A DNA stretch of 31,197 bases from the IMG/VR virus record IMGVR_UViG_3300028833_000002; one strand, given 5' to 3'. Every line of letters begins with the position of its first letter. Within the stretch, counting starts at the first letter, position 1. Below the pieces are notes generated by a model that was given only the letters and a program-made list of their open reading frames with translations, made no database searches and was not told where the DNA came from. Positions 17,069 through 27,880 of the stretch are shown in pieces. A program made the translations under genes and the position numbers. The DNA comes from a virus. Taxonomy: Duplodnaviria > Heunggongvirae > Uroviricota > Caudoviricetes.

Positions 17069-17332
17069 ATGGAAAAGGAATTAATGGAACTGATGGTTAA
17101 TGGCTTTCATATGTCAGATATTATCGGTCTTGCGAAATACGTGGGTATAGAGTAGGATGAGTTAAGAGATTTGGTTGGTAAGGTTTTCGCACAAGAAGAG
17201 AACGGAATTTAGAACTTGGTTGTGGAAACTGTAATGAGATTTTCTTTGATGAATAGGTTTCAGAAGAGAAAGGTTATGAAAATGTGCCGCGATATTGTGA
17301 GCGCAAATAAGGAAGCGGATTAGAATGGCTAA
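17069..17332 (+). CDS. Hypothetical protein, 87 aa (3 in-frame TAG)
   Basis: AAGGAG SD; the frame is open apart from TAG and ends at a TAA overlapping the next ATG. Confidence 0.7.
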
Positions 17333-18248
17333 GAAATGTTGCGTTTGTAAGGAAGAGTTGTCGGTGGCAAGGTTTATTGCCACTAACAATCCTTTACTTG
17401 GTGGTTCTCTTCCTATTTGCCGCGATTGTGTGTAGGAATATATTGAGAAGAATAAGGATAATGAATGGAGTGCCGTTGACAGACTTTGTTAGTTGGCGGA
17501 CATTCCTTTTATGCCGGAAGAATTTGCAAAGATATGGAAAGCTGATAGAAATGATGCCTTTGGCACATACTCTTCAATTTTCCGTCAGAAACAGTATGAA
17601 CACCTAAATTGGAAACCATATTAGGACTTGTATATTGAGTTGCAAGACCGTGATAAATTAAGTGCAGTTATCCCGGCGTTAGATGAAGATAAACGGCTTG
17701 AACGTAAGGCTATGTGGGGCCCTCAGTATGATGATGAATAGTTAGAATACTTAGAAAATCTGTATGCCGGCATTTAGAACTCTGTTAATATTGTTAATAA
17801 AATGCACGAAGACCAAGTTAAGAAAGCTTGTAAGTTGGCACTAATTATGGAAGAAAAGCTAAGGGCCGGGGTTGAAATAGATAAAGACTTAAAGGCTTAC
17901 GATACTTTATGTAAGAGTGCTGGTATTACTACTACTGAAATTAAGGACGGTAATGACTTTAACAGTTGGGGCGAAATTTGTGCTTTTCTGGAGAAATTAG
18001 GTTTCAAGCCTACCTATGCTCGTGGCGCGAATAATGATGAAGTTGACAAGTCAATGCGTATTTAGTAGTGTTGGTCAAGATACATGTTCATTAATGAAAC
18101 TGGTATATCTGATGAAATTAAAGAACGTATCGAAGCTCTTAAAACAGCCGACAAACTTACAAACAGTGGCTTTGACTGGGAAGAATACAAAGAAGTCGCT
18201 ACGCAATTCGATGACATGGAAGAAGACGACTTTAAGGTTGAGGTGTAA
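17325..18248 (+). CDS. Putative terminase small subunit-like protein with an N-terminal zinc finger, 307 aa (7 in-frame TAG)
   Basis: MAKKCCVC...ICRDC and WG-x2-Y-x4-LEYLE. Lies immediately upstream of TerL. Function is inferred from position. Confidence 0.6.
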
Positions 18249-18251
18249 GCC

Positions 18252-20409
18252 ATGGTAGCTTTAGATTCTTTAAAAATATTAACAAAAGGTATTAACAAGG
18301 ATACTACTACTAAGTTTTATCGCGGCGATATATAGTTGGAGAAAGGCGCGAAAGTTGATAAGAATAGAATTTAGAGAAATCTCCCATTATACCAGTCTTA
18401 CATGGAATACTTCATGAACTATCCTGATAAATTTGTTGATTTACTTACACCGGTTGATTCTAAGTTCAAACTTAAATTCTTCCAGCGTATGTTCTTAAGA
18501 GCATGTTTGAGGTATGGACGAGTTCTTACTATTGCTCCCCGTGCCGCGGGTAAATCATTTATTTGTATTTTAGCGTTGTTATTGATTTGTATTTTTAGGC
18601 CGAAAAGTACAACGTTTATTTGTAGCCCTGGTAAAGCGTAGTCTGCAAAAATCGCCTAGTAGAAGCTGGCCCAGCTATTCGATATGCTACCAATGCTTAA
18701 GGCGGAAATTGCTGTAGAAAACTATGGTACTGACTATATTAAGATTATATTTCATAACAAATCGAGCTTCGTAGTTGTTACTCCTTTGAATAGTTCAAGA
18801 GGACAGCGTGCTACTGTAGGTATTATAGATGAGTTCCGCTAATTTGTAGATTATTTGTTGAATTGTTTTACATTTATCAAACAAAAAATTAATCTAAAGT
18901 GGTGACGGAATTAAAAGCCAATAAATTGCGGGGACACCCTTAGAGCCTTAATAACCAAACAAAAATAGTGATATTTTTGCGGCGTTCAGTAACGGGAACG
19001 GTATGGTAAAATCATTAAGGATTGGGCAATCAAACGCAGCGAAACCTCAACGAAAGTTGGAGGGACGTTCAACGACTATAATTTGGCAAGGAACTAATTC
19101 CTTATGGTATAGTCTAAACCCCTAAGAAATATCGGGAAACCGAGGGTAATTGGGTATGGACCACGACCCTACTGACATAGCCGAAATCATTTTGCCACTT
19201 CTTAACGTTGACCGACCTATGACGAACGGCGATAAGAACCCACAGGAACCGCAGCAGGTACAGTTATGGATTTCATCTGCTTCGGAAAAGAACACATTCT
19301 GCTATGACAAGACTATTGAACTATTTGAACAATCTGTAATAAACCCAAATAACACGTTCTTCTTTGGTTTTGACTATAGAATTCCAGTGCTCACTGGATT
19401 ACTTTCAAAGACCTACTTAAACGAATTAAAAACTTCTTCTACCTTTGATAGTTTAGGTTTTGCAAAGGAATATATGTCGCGTTTCGTTGGTACTTCAGAA
19501 GACGCATGGTTTGACTTTAATAAGTTGGAATCGGCGCGAAAGATAAATAATCCAGAAACTGTTGCTAATTTTTCGCGCGAAAGTGATAAGGATTGCTTTT
19601 ATATTTTATCTACCGACTTGGCACGAAAAGGTTGTCAATCAGTTTGTACTGTATTAAAGGTCTATCCAACAAATGAAACTTTTAGAATTAAGTTGGTAAA
19701 TATCTACATTTTAGGTGTAACAGAGAGTGAAAAAGACTTTACTCGACAAGTAATCGAGCAAAAACGTCTTATCGCTCAATATAACCCAAGAGCTTGCGTA
19801 ATAGATATTAACGGTGTTGGTGCTCCATTTGGTGATTTAATGATTAAGGAAAGCTACGATGATAAAACCGGTATCACTTATCCACCTTATGGTTTTATGA
19901 ACAGAGATGAATATCTCGCTAACCAACCAAGAGGATGCCAGAAAATACTTTATGGTATCAAAGCTAACGCCCAAATAAACAGCGACATGCACGCTATGTT
20001 ATACTCAAAAATTTATTCGGGCCAGTTAAGATTCTTAATATCAGAATAGCAAGCTAAGAACAAACTCATTTCCACTATCAAAGGAGCTAAGATGTCTCCG
20101 GAAGAACAGAACATCCGTTTAAGACCGCACATATTAACATCTATCCTATTGAAAGAAATTCTTAACTTAAAAATTCGCCCGACTGGTGTAAGCAACCAAA
20201 TCGCGGTAGAACAAATTAACACAAGAATATTAAAGGATAAATTCTCCGCTCTTGAAATGGGCGTGTATTATGTTGTTCAACTTGAACAGGAAAATATGGC
20301 TAAACGTAGAAATCGTGGCTTAGGTAATGGTGCTGCCGGACGTAACTTAGTATTCGCTTCTCGTGGAAGTTCCGGACGTGGAAGGAGTAATACACATAGA
20401 AGGAGGTGA
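18252..20409 (+). CDS. terL: Terminase large subunit, two exons (18252..18839/40 and 19159/60..20409), 6 in-frame TAG
   Basis: Walker A-like APRAAGKS, RG motif (SRGQR), Walker B GIIDEFR, coupling motif ISSA, nuclease motifs STDLAR and VIDINGVG, C-terminal KDKFSA. Confidence 0.9.
18840..19158 (+). ncRNA. Group I self-splicing intron (~319 nt, no ORF) in terL
   Basis: P AAATTGCGGGGA (18923), Q AATCAAACGCAGC (19028), R GTTCAACGACTATA (19067), S ATGGTATAGTCTA (19104). P7 GACTA/TAGTC, P3 GCCAA/TTGGC. IGS GTGGTGACGGAATT (18899) pairs with both exons. Ends in G, and removal restores the frame. Confidence 0.9.
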
Positions 20410-20414
20410 TAGGG

Positions 20415-21989
20415 TTGGATTTAAATAAGAATGTCACTTAGGAATAGCTTTAGGAAATTATGAGGGGTAATAGAGTAGATGTATTTAAAAGTGTTATCCA
20501 AAAGATGATTGCTAAGAATGATGCCGCCTATGAAAAACTTAAAGGCAGAGAATCAACGAAGAGACATTTATCTCATGAATACACTCCAGAAGATATAGAA
20601 AGAATTGTTAAAGAGGGTACATCAATAGAGAAATGTAAATTATCTCAGCACTTCTTTGAAATAAGTGGTTTATATAAAAGAATTATTCTTCATTATTCAA
20701 CTTTCCTAACTTATTCTTGGCTCCTTATTCCTCATGCTAAAGGCTTTAAGGGTAAACTTTCTGAAAAGAGTAATCAGAAGCAATACTATGAAGCCGCAGA
20801 ATTCTGTAGCGATTTTGACATAGAAGATAAATGTACTATGTTTGCTACAAGAGTTTTGGTCGATGGTGGCTATTATGGAATTATTCATGATAATGCTGAA
20901 GGTATTGCGATTCAGACTTTACCATTTGCTTATTGCCGCAGTAGATTTAAGAATAGACAAGACGTTGATGTTATTGAATTCGACCTAAGATTTTTCGATA
21001 AAGAAATTTCTGATGATAAACTTCGCCGCGAAATCTTAAAAGCATATCCATCTGAAATTCAGAAAGGATATAAAAAGTATAAGCGCGAAGGACAAGGCGC
21101 AGACCCTTGGATGTTCATTTCTGAAAAGATTGGTATTTATTTCTGCTATATAAAAGAAACACCATTCTTCTTAGATTTAATTCCTTTAATTGATGACTTA
21201 GAAGACTATAAAGACATTAACAAACAAAGAAACTTACTTGCCCTAAAGAGAATCGTTACGCAGGAAATTCCGCATGATGGTCTTAACTTACTTTTTGAGC
21301 CTGACGAAGCTCTTGAAATTCACGATGGTGTTGTTGAAATGCTTTCGGACAGCCCGGATACTGATGTTATTACATCATATGGTAAGGTTGGTCTTTTAGA
21401 CCTTAGCGGCGAGTAGGGTGATAGGACTGATGTAGAACAGGCCCAGCAATTAGTTTATGATGCTGCGGGTGTAACAAAAGAATTATTCAGTGCAACAACT
21501 CAATTTGGTATGGAAGTTTCTCTTGATAATGACTTATCTATGATGATGATTTTAGGCAGAAAATTCGCACACTTCTTTAGCGTACTTATGAACAATAAAT
21601 TTGGAAATAAGAAAATATCTTTTAATTTTGTAATACTCCCTGTAAGTTACTACAATTTAGATGAATACACATCAAGAGCCAAAGACTTGGCAGCATTTGG
21701 TTATGTATTTCTTACTCCGGTTGCGGCTTCTGGTGTTAACCAGGTTAACCTTAGTGACCTTAAGAGTTTAGAAAACGATGTGTTAGATTTAGACGAAGTG
21801 CTTAAACCTCTCCAGTCTGCGTACACACAATCTGGTAAGACGAACGCCGTTACTGCTTAGGCTACGAAGGACGCTAATAAAACTGCTACTGCAAGTTCTT
21901 CAAGTTCATCATAGTCAGAAAGTAAGAGTACAACATCGACTAGTGAGACTAGCAAATCAAATGAAAAAGGTGGTGAGAATAAAACATGA
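20415..21989 (+). CDS. Putative portal protein, 524 aa (6 in-frame TAG)
   Basis: AGGAGGTG SD and TTG start. Follows terL and precedes the protease. Fragments 20460 and 21510 are in one frame ending at TGA 21989. Confidence 0.75.
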
Positions 21990-23320
21990 GCGTAAGAATT
22001 CCTACAGAAATAGAAGTTTCTCTTTATTCTAAGCCGGAAAAAGTCACAGCAACACTTTCAAAATGCAGAGGGCGTTATTTTTATAGAGGAATGAACCGAA
22101 ATCGTACATATATTACGGACGATTTTGCGAGATAGCTTATTGAGTCTTTACCTTATGCGCCAATTAAGGGTATCTTTAATATGGACGAATTAGATTTTGA
22201 AGACCATGGCTACACAAATTCGGACGGTAAGATTTATGGTATCGTCCCAGAAAATCCAAACTTTGCGTGGGAAAAGCATTTAGACAAAGACGGAATAGAG
22301 AGAGAATATGCGTGCTCAGATGTTATTCTTTTTACTGCCCTCTATCCAGAAGCCAATTTAATTCCTACCAAACCTCAGTCAATGGAAATTTATTCTAAAG
22401 ACTTAGAAGGTGAATGGATGATTTCTGAGGAAGACGGAGAACCGTATTTCCTTTTTAAAAAGGGAAGACTACTTGGCTTATAGGTACTTGGTGACGAAGT
22501 TGAGCCGTGTTTTGAAGGTGCGGCTTTCTTCGAACTAAGAAAAAGAGCCAGAGACTTATATCACTATTTTGAGGAGGAGAGTAAGAAGATGGAAAATGAA
22601 AACAAAGTTCCAGTTGAAAACACTGTAACTCCTGAAGCTCCAGCAGCAGTTGAAGCACCACAGGCTACAGAAGCACCAACTGAAAATACAGTAGCTACAC
22701 CAGAAGCACCAACAGTTGAAGCGCCAGCTGCAGAACCGGAAGCTCCAGCAGTTGATAACACAGTGGCTACACCTGAAACTCCAGCAGAAGAACCAAAGGT
22801 TGCAGAACCAGAGGCTCCAGCAGAAGACTTCGCGGCAAAATATGAAGCTCTTGTTGCTGAATTTGAAACTGCTAAAACAGATTTCGCCGCAAAGATGGAT
22901 GAATTAAACGCAAAGCTTGCAGAAGCTGAAGAAAAAATTAATTCATATTCTAAAACAGTTGAGGAAAAAGATGCTGAAATTGTTAGACTCAACTCAGCAC
23001 TTTCCGACATAAATAATGAAAAGTCAGATTTAGAGTCTTATAAGAAGACTGTAGAAACAGAAGAAAAGAACAAGATAATTGATGAATTCTCTGCTAATCT
23101 CTCAGCAGACCAGATTGCAGAATTTACCGAAAAAATGGCTGACTATTCTGTTGAAGACTTTAGAAAAGAGTTATGCTTCGCGGCATACAGCTCAGGTGCT
23201 TCATTCGGCAAGACAGAAGAACCAGTTCTCATTTATAAGAACGAAGGTTCAAAGGGTGAAATTGATGCCGTTTGTGCACTCATTGAAAATCACATGAAAA
23301 AAGAAGGAGGTAATAAATAA
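21986..23320 (+). CDS. Prohead protease-scaffold fusion, 444 aa (2 in-frame TAG, both in the protease part)
   Basis: ATGA overlap with the portal stop. Motifs NRNRTYI, DHG and GL(Q)VLGDEVEPCFEGA. Continues in frame into the acidic coiled coil. Confidence 0.75.
22589..23320 (+). CDS. Internally initiated scaffold protein, 243 aa (PEAP-rich linker plus coiled coil, TAG-free)
   Basis: GAGGAGGAG SD inside the fusion ORF ahead of ATG 22589. Confidence 0.7.
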   Translation: MENENKVPVENTVTPEAPAAVEAPQATEAPTENTVATPEAPTVEAPAAEPEAPAVDNTVATPETPAEEPKVAEPEAPAEDFAAKYEALVAEFETAKTDFAAKMDELNAKLAEAEEKINSYSKTVEEKDAEIVRLNSALSDINNEKSDLESYKKTVETEEKNKIIDEFSANLSADQIAEFTEKMADYSVEDFRKELCFAAYSSGASFGKTEEPVLIYKNEGSKGEIDAVCALIENHMKKEGGNK

Positions 23321-24060
23321 TGGCACTTGTAAAATTTGACAGAGGCCTCTTCCGTAACGGTAAGAAAGCTTCAGGTAACAACTACGGTCAGATTGAACCA
23401 AACCAGGTATGGTTCACTAGAGCCGGCATGGTAGAAGCACAGTGTGCTCTCGACCCTAAATTTTATTCAGATGAAAAAGTAGGTCCTTACGTAAATGCAG
23501 TAGACGCAACAGGTGCGGCAACAGGTAATAAGATTGTAGCACAGAATGGTGCTTGCGTTCTTGTAAACAAGCCAAACTCACTCGTAACAGTTCCTACAAA
23601 GGCACTTTCAGACCTTGGACTTCCGCTTGGTATGATTTATTCATCAGAACAGATGTATGATGAAAGAGAAAACAACAGAAGAAAGTTCTGCTCAACAACA
23701 AAGGACTTCCTCCCAAGAGTAGGTTATCTCCAGAGAGGTATGAGAATTACAACAAACACTGTTGCTTGGGACACAACAACTTCAATTCAGACAGCAGACC
23801 TTGATAGCAATATCACACTTGACCTTTCAGCTTGCACATCTACAGATGATTCATACTATGTAGTAGCTAACCTTAAGAGATTCCTCGAATCAGGTACATC
23901 TACTCCAGTTTATGCGGCTGTTGTAGAAGGTTCAGATGGTGAACTCGTAATTGGTTATGACATCACAGGTAATGACGCGCTTGGCGGCGTAGTAGCACAG
24001 CTTGTTGCTGTATATGACAACGCAGACAGAACATGCTCATTCATGTTCGAGATTCTTTAA
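23320..24060 (+). CDS. Putative capsid-associated or decoration protein, 246 aa
   Basis: Lies between scaffold and major capsid; AGGAGG SD; high-expression codon style. Confidence 0.55.
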   Translation: MALVKFDRGLFRNGKKASGNNYGQIEPNQVWFTRAGMVEAQCALDPKFYSDEKVGPYVNAVDATGAATGNKIVAQNGACVLVNKPNSLVTVPTKALSDLGLPLGMIYSSEQMYDERENNRRKFCSTTKDFLPRVGYLQRGMRITTNTVAWDTTTSIQTADLDSNITLDLSACTSTDDSYYVVANLKRFLESGTSTPVYAAVVEGSDGELVIGYDITGNDALGGVVAQLVAVYDNADRTCSFMFEIL

Positions 24061-24079
24061 TAAGGAGAGGTGATAATTA

Positions 24080-25252
24080 ATGGATAAGAACGCAATCAAA
24101 GCACTTTATATCCACGCTCTTAGAGGTACTTCTCCTGACGTAACAAAGTACAGCGCAACAGATATAAAGGGTACAATCGCAGATGAATTTAACAAGCTCT
24201 GCGCAACAAGAAAAGATTATGAAGATAACAAATACACAATCTTCCAGATTATGCAGGAATCATTCGATGAAGTTCTTCCTAAGTATGTTGGAGATGCTTT
24301 TGGTGTATTTGCTGAATACAAGACAGTAGGACTTAACCAGAAGTACACATTCAAGGTTAAGAGAGGACGTATGCGTGCAAAGACATTCATCACAGAAGTA
24401 GGTCTTTCAGGTGTATACGAAGCCTTCAGACTTGACCACGACTACTTCGAAGTTGGAGGCAAGGCTTTCGGTGGCGCTGCTTACATTGACTTCGAAAGAC
24501 TCCGTTCAGGTGACGAAGACATCACAGAACCTTTCAACCTTTTAATGGAAGGTCTTCAGGAAGCTATCAACAGAGAAATTGCTAAGGCTCTTATCGCTAC
24601 AGTTCAGAACTCAGATATGCCTATCGCAAACAAGGTTTCTGTTAACGGCTTCGACCCAGCAGCTATGATGAAGCTTATCACAATTGCTAAGACATATGGC
24701 GGCGGTTCAGCAGTAATCCTTGCTACACCAGAATGGGTAGCTGAAATGGGTCCTGATGCAATCGGTATGCCAATCCTTGCTAACCCAGCTTCAAACGCTG
24801 GTTACGCTACACCAGTTTACTCACCAAAGGATATTAATGATATTGCTAATGGTGGTTTCGTAACAACATTCAGAGGTACACCAATCGTTCAGCTTCCACA
24901 GTCATTTGTTGACGAGAACAACGATATGTATCAGATTCCATCACAGTATGCTTTCGTAATGCCGGCAAATCAGGGCGAAAAGATTGTTAAGGTTGTATTC
25001 GAAGGCGAAACACAGATTGATGACTTCAAGAACAGAGACCGTTCAATTGAACTTGAAGTTTACAAGAGATTCGGTGTTGCTATCCTCACTACAAACAACT
25101 GGTGTGTATATGAAAACCTCGACCTTGCATCTAACCCATGCATCATCGACGTTAACAACCTTGGCTTCGTTAACCACCCACACAAACTTGGTAAGGTTAG
25201 TGTTGGTCAGGGAACTGATTACACAGATACAACAAAGATTAACACACTTTAA
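24080..25252 (+). CDS. Major capsid protein, 390 aa
   Basis: Size and position, strong SD, high-expression codons, HK97-like C-terminal FRGTPIVQLP, followed by a terminator. Confidence 0.8.
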   Translation: MDKNAIKALYIHALRGTSPDVTKYSATDIKGTIADEFNKLCATRKDYEDNKYTIFQIMQESFDEVLPKYVGDAFGVFAEYKTVGLNQKYTFKVKRGRMRAKTFITEVGLSGVYEAFRLDHDYFEVGGKAFGGAAYIDFERLRSGDEDITEPFNLLMEGLQEAINREIAKALIATVQNSDMPIANKVSVNGFDPAAMMKLITIAKTYGGGSAVILATPEWVAEMGPDAIGMPILANPASNAGYATPVYSPKDINDIANGGFVTTFRGTPIVQLPQSFVDENNDMYQIPSQYAFVMPANQGEKIVKVVFEGETQIDDFKNRDRSIELEVYKRFGVAILTTNNWCVYENLDLASNPCIIDVNNLGFVNHPHKLGKVSVGQGTDYTDTTKINTL

Positions 25253-25279
25253 TCTTAAAAATCGAATACATAGTAAAGA

Positions 25280-25314
25280 AAAGGTGAGTGAGAGAATTCT
25301 CACCACCTTTCTTT
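25280..25314 (+). terminator. Intrinsic terminator after the major capsid gene
   Basis: AAAGGTG(A)GTGAGA-GAAT-TCTCACCACCTTT followed by a T-rich tail. Confidence 0.75.
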
Positions 25315-25348
25315 ATATATTTAAAGGAGTTAAAAGGAGGAATTTAAT

Positions 25349-25900
25349 ATGTTACAGAGTACAACAAGAATGGTAAGACTTAGAAACACAACAGACAAGA
25401 CAGTAGTGGTTATAGACCCTATTAACAATATCAGAAGAGAATTCCCAAGAAAGAACGTAGTTCAGGAAATCCCATTTGATATGGTAGCACAGCTTTTATT
25501 CCAGACTGGTTTTAGAAATATGATTGAGTCTGGTATGCTTTTTATTGACAGTATGGAAGATAAGATTGACCTTGGCCTTGAAGAACCAGATACAACAACT
25601 CCAACAAATATTGTTGTTTTCTCAGACGAGGAAAAGGTTAAGCTCTTAACTACTGCATCAGTTCCAGATTTTATTGAAAAACTTTCTCACGTTACTTACG
25701 AGGAAGCTGCAGAACTTGCAAAATTCGCGGCGAAAAATGACATCTATAATCCGGAAAAATCAGACATTCTTAAAGAAATTACAGGCCTTGATGTTGTAGC
25801 TATGATTGCTAAGAAAAAGGCTTTTGAAGAAGCTGATAAAAGAGCCGCATCAATGAAAGACGATAGAGAACCAGAGGGTGTATTTAAACCAAGAAGATAA
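25349..25900 (+). CDS. Hypothetical virion-module protein, 183 aa
   Basis: AGGAGG SD, clean ORF. Confidence 0.8.
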   Translation: MLQSTTRMVRLRNTTDKTVVVIDPINNIRREFPRKNVVQEIPFDMVAQLLFQTGFRNMIESGMLFIDSMEDKIDLGLEEPDTTTPTNIVVFSDEEKVKLLTTASVPDFIEKLSHVTYEEAAELAKFAAKNDIYNPEKSDILKEITGLDVVAMIAKKKAFEEADKRAASMKDDREPEGVFKPRR

Positions 25901-25913
25901 TGAGGTGAGATAA

Positions 25914-26390
25914 TTGACAACTTTGATGGATGTTTATGGTGCTTTTCTATCAAAGGTCAACGAAGATGAATGGTCACATTGTTATTCACAGGAAGAACTT
26001 GAATGGTTCATAAAAGACTGGAGAGCCTTCTTAGATTAGGCCCTCCCTTATTTTAAGTTCCCAAGATGTAGCCTTGAAATTGACGAAGCAAATCAGTGCT
26101 TTGTTGATAGCAAGATGGGTAATGAAGAAATTCAGGTTATTTCCACATTCATGAAACAGCAATGGCTAAAAAGAACTGTTGACAGTTGGGAAAACATTAA
26201 GACACAATATGACGAAGCAGACTTCTCACAGGCTAATCTTTTAAAAACATTTATTCAGTTAAAGGATTAGGTTTGCAAAGAAGCGTTAGACTTAGAGAGA
26301 ACATACTATCGTTCAGTCAATAAGTCTCCTTTTAGATATAGACAATTAGCGGGAGGCGGCGGAAAGAATGGACGAAAAATACGTAGATAA
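25914..26390 (+). CDS. Putative head-tail adaptor, 158 aa (2 in-frame TAG); missing from the ORF track
   Basis: GAGGTG SD and TTG start; frame MTTLMDVYGAFLSKV...DFSQANLL is open apart from TAG. Function from position. Confidence 0.6.
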
Positions 26391-26634
26391 GTATAAGGAA
26401 ACTCTTAAAAATCGTTTATACGGTTTACTTTGTGAGAGAGAAAAGGAAGGCTCATGGGAGACATTCCTCGATAATATCCTTATAGACTTAAACAATTTTG
26501 AAAACAAGAAAAAGAGTTTTGATTACTATGTATTATATTCCAAACTATCATCTTGCCGCTTTGTTTCGTATAAATATTACAGGAAGATAATTTTTGAGTG
26601 CATGAATATCATTGATAGGATTGATGTGCTATGA
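26368..26634 (+). CDS. Hypothetical protein, 88 aa
   Basis: GGAGG SD; overlaps its neighbours as expected in an operon. Confidence 0.7.
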   Translation: MDEKYVDKYKETLKNRLYGLLCEREKEGSWETFLDNILIDLNNFENKKKSFDYYVLYSKLSSCRFVSYKYYRKIIFECMNIIDRIDVL

Positions 26635-27371
26635 ATGATTACTTTAATGATGTATATTTAAAAAGAATGAATAGAGATGGTAATAACATATAGGAAAGAG
26701 TAAGGACAGCAAAGGAGCGCGAATTTGAAAAGCTATTTATTTAGAAAACCAAATATCGCGCCGTGATTTATGGTATAAATGACGAAGAAAATGAGATACC
26801 TTGCTCTATCCAACCATCAAAATGGACACAAGATAAGATAGTTTCTAATATATTAGTTCCTTTAAAATTTTCGCGGCGAAATACGGGAGATTTATTTAGG
26901 ACTTTCCAAAAGAACAAAGACGTAGAATATGATAAAATATGGTTGGTGGTTTATGTAAGTGATGACATCACCCACGGCTACCAGTCTTATGAAGCCATTG
27001 AACTTGATACTGTTATTACAATACCAAATCAATATGGCGAAACTCTTTACACAGTTCCGGCGAAAATAGTTAGTGAAACATCTGTTTTCGTTTAGGATAA
27101 ATTAATGTCCTATGGGTCAGTAACATATAGAGAACCATTAGCCCATAGAAAATTCTTTACACAAAATTTTGACTTCCTTACTAAAGACACTTACTTTGAA
27201 TATGAAGGAAGGGGATGGAAGATTTCTGGCAATGACGATTTAAGTATTAAAAATGTAGCAATTCTTTCCTTTGAAGAATCGCTTGTTTCGCCGCCAGAGC
27301 CAAATTCGTCAAGAGACATTTTGGTGGGAGAAGATGATAATTTCTTCTTGAATCATGAGAATAAGAGGTGA
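26631..27371 (+). CDS. Putative neck or head-closure protein, 246 aa (3 in-frame TAG)
   Basis: ATGA overlap; fragments 26763 and 27105 are in one frame. Confidence 0.6.
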
Positions 27372-27376
27372 TTAAC

Positions 27377-27880
27377 ATGGAAGAATCAAAAGTTAACTAT
27401 GGCCAAGAATTTGGAAAAAATTTAATAAAAGTAGCAAAAAGCTTACTTAAGAACTAGGACCTATTAAAACTTCTTGTTAATACCGATGTTGACCCATTGG
27501 GTAAACAGCACCCTGATATAGAGAATCCTATGCGCGAAATTTTTGGCAAACAAATTCGTGTAGTTCCGTTAGTAGAAGCTGTTGATGAAACAACTACAAG
27601 TAAGATTGTAATTGTTTATTCCGGCGGAACGGTATATGACGAAAATGCCACGGTGGAAAGAGCATCTATATTAGTATATATTTATTGTCCTTTTGAGGAA
27701 TGGCTTATTACTGGTGATAACTTAAGACCTCATGCTATCATGGCTGAAGTGCGCAAATCTCTTTAGAATAAACGCATAAATGGTTTAGGAGAGATTAGGT
27801 ATGAAGGCTTTGACTTATCTTCCCTTACGAAAGACGTAGGAAGTTATACAATGAGGTTTACCATTGGCACTTTCAACTAA
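27377..27880 (+). CDS. Putative tail completion or terminator protein, 167 aa (2 in-frame TAG)
   Basis: GAGGTG SD; fragment 27497 is in frame and ends at TAA 27880. Function from position. Confidence 0.55.

Noticed and set aside
17377-17607. 76-aa hydrophobic ORF, and the 16243 and 18016 ORFs
   Set aside because: These are alternative frames inside longer TAG-read-through genes.
18840-19158. Homing endonuclease or separate gene start (ORF 19150) in terL
   Set aside because: The insert is ~319 nt and filled by the ribozyme core. ORF 19150 is exon 2.
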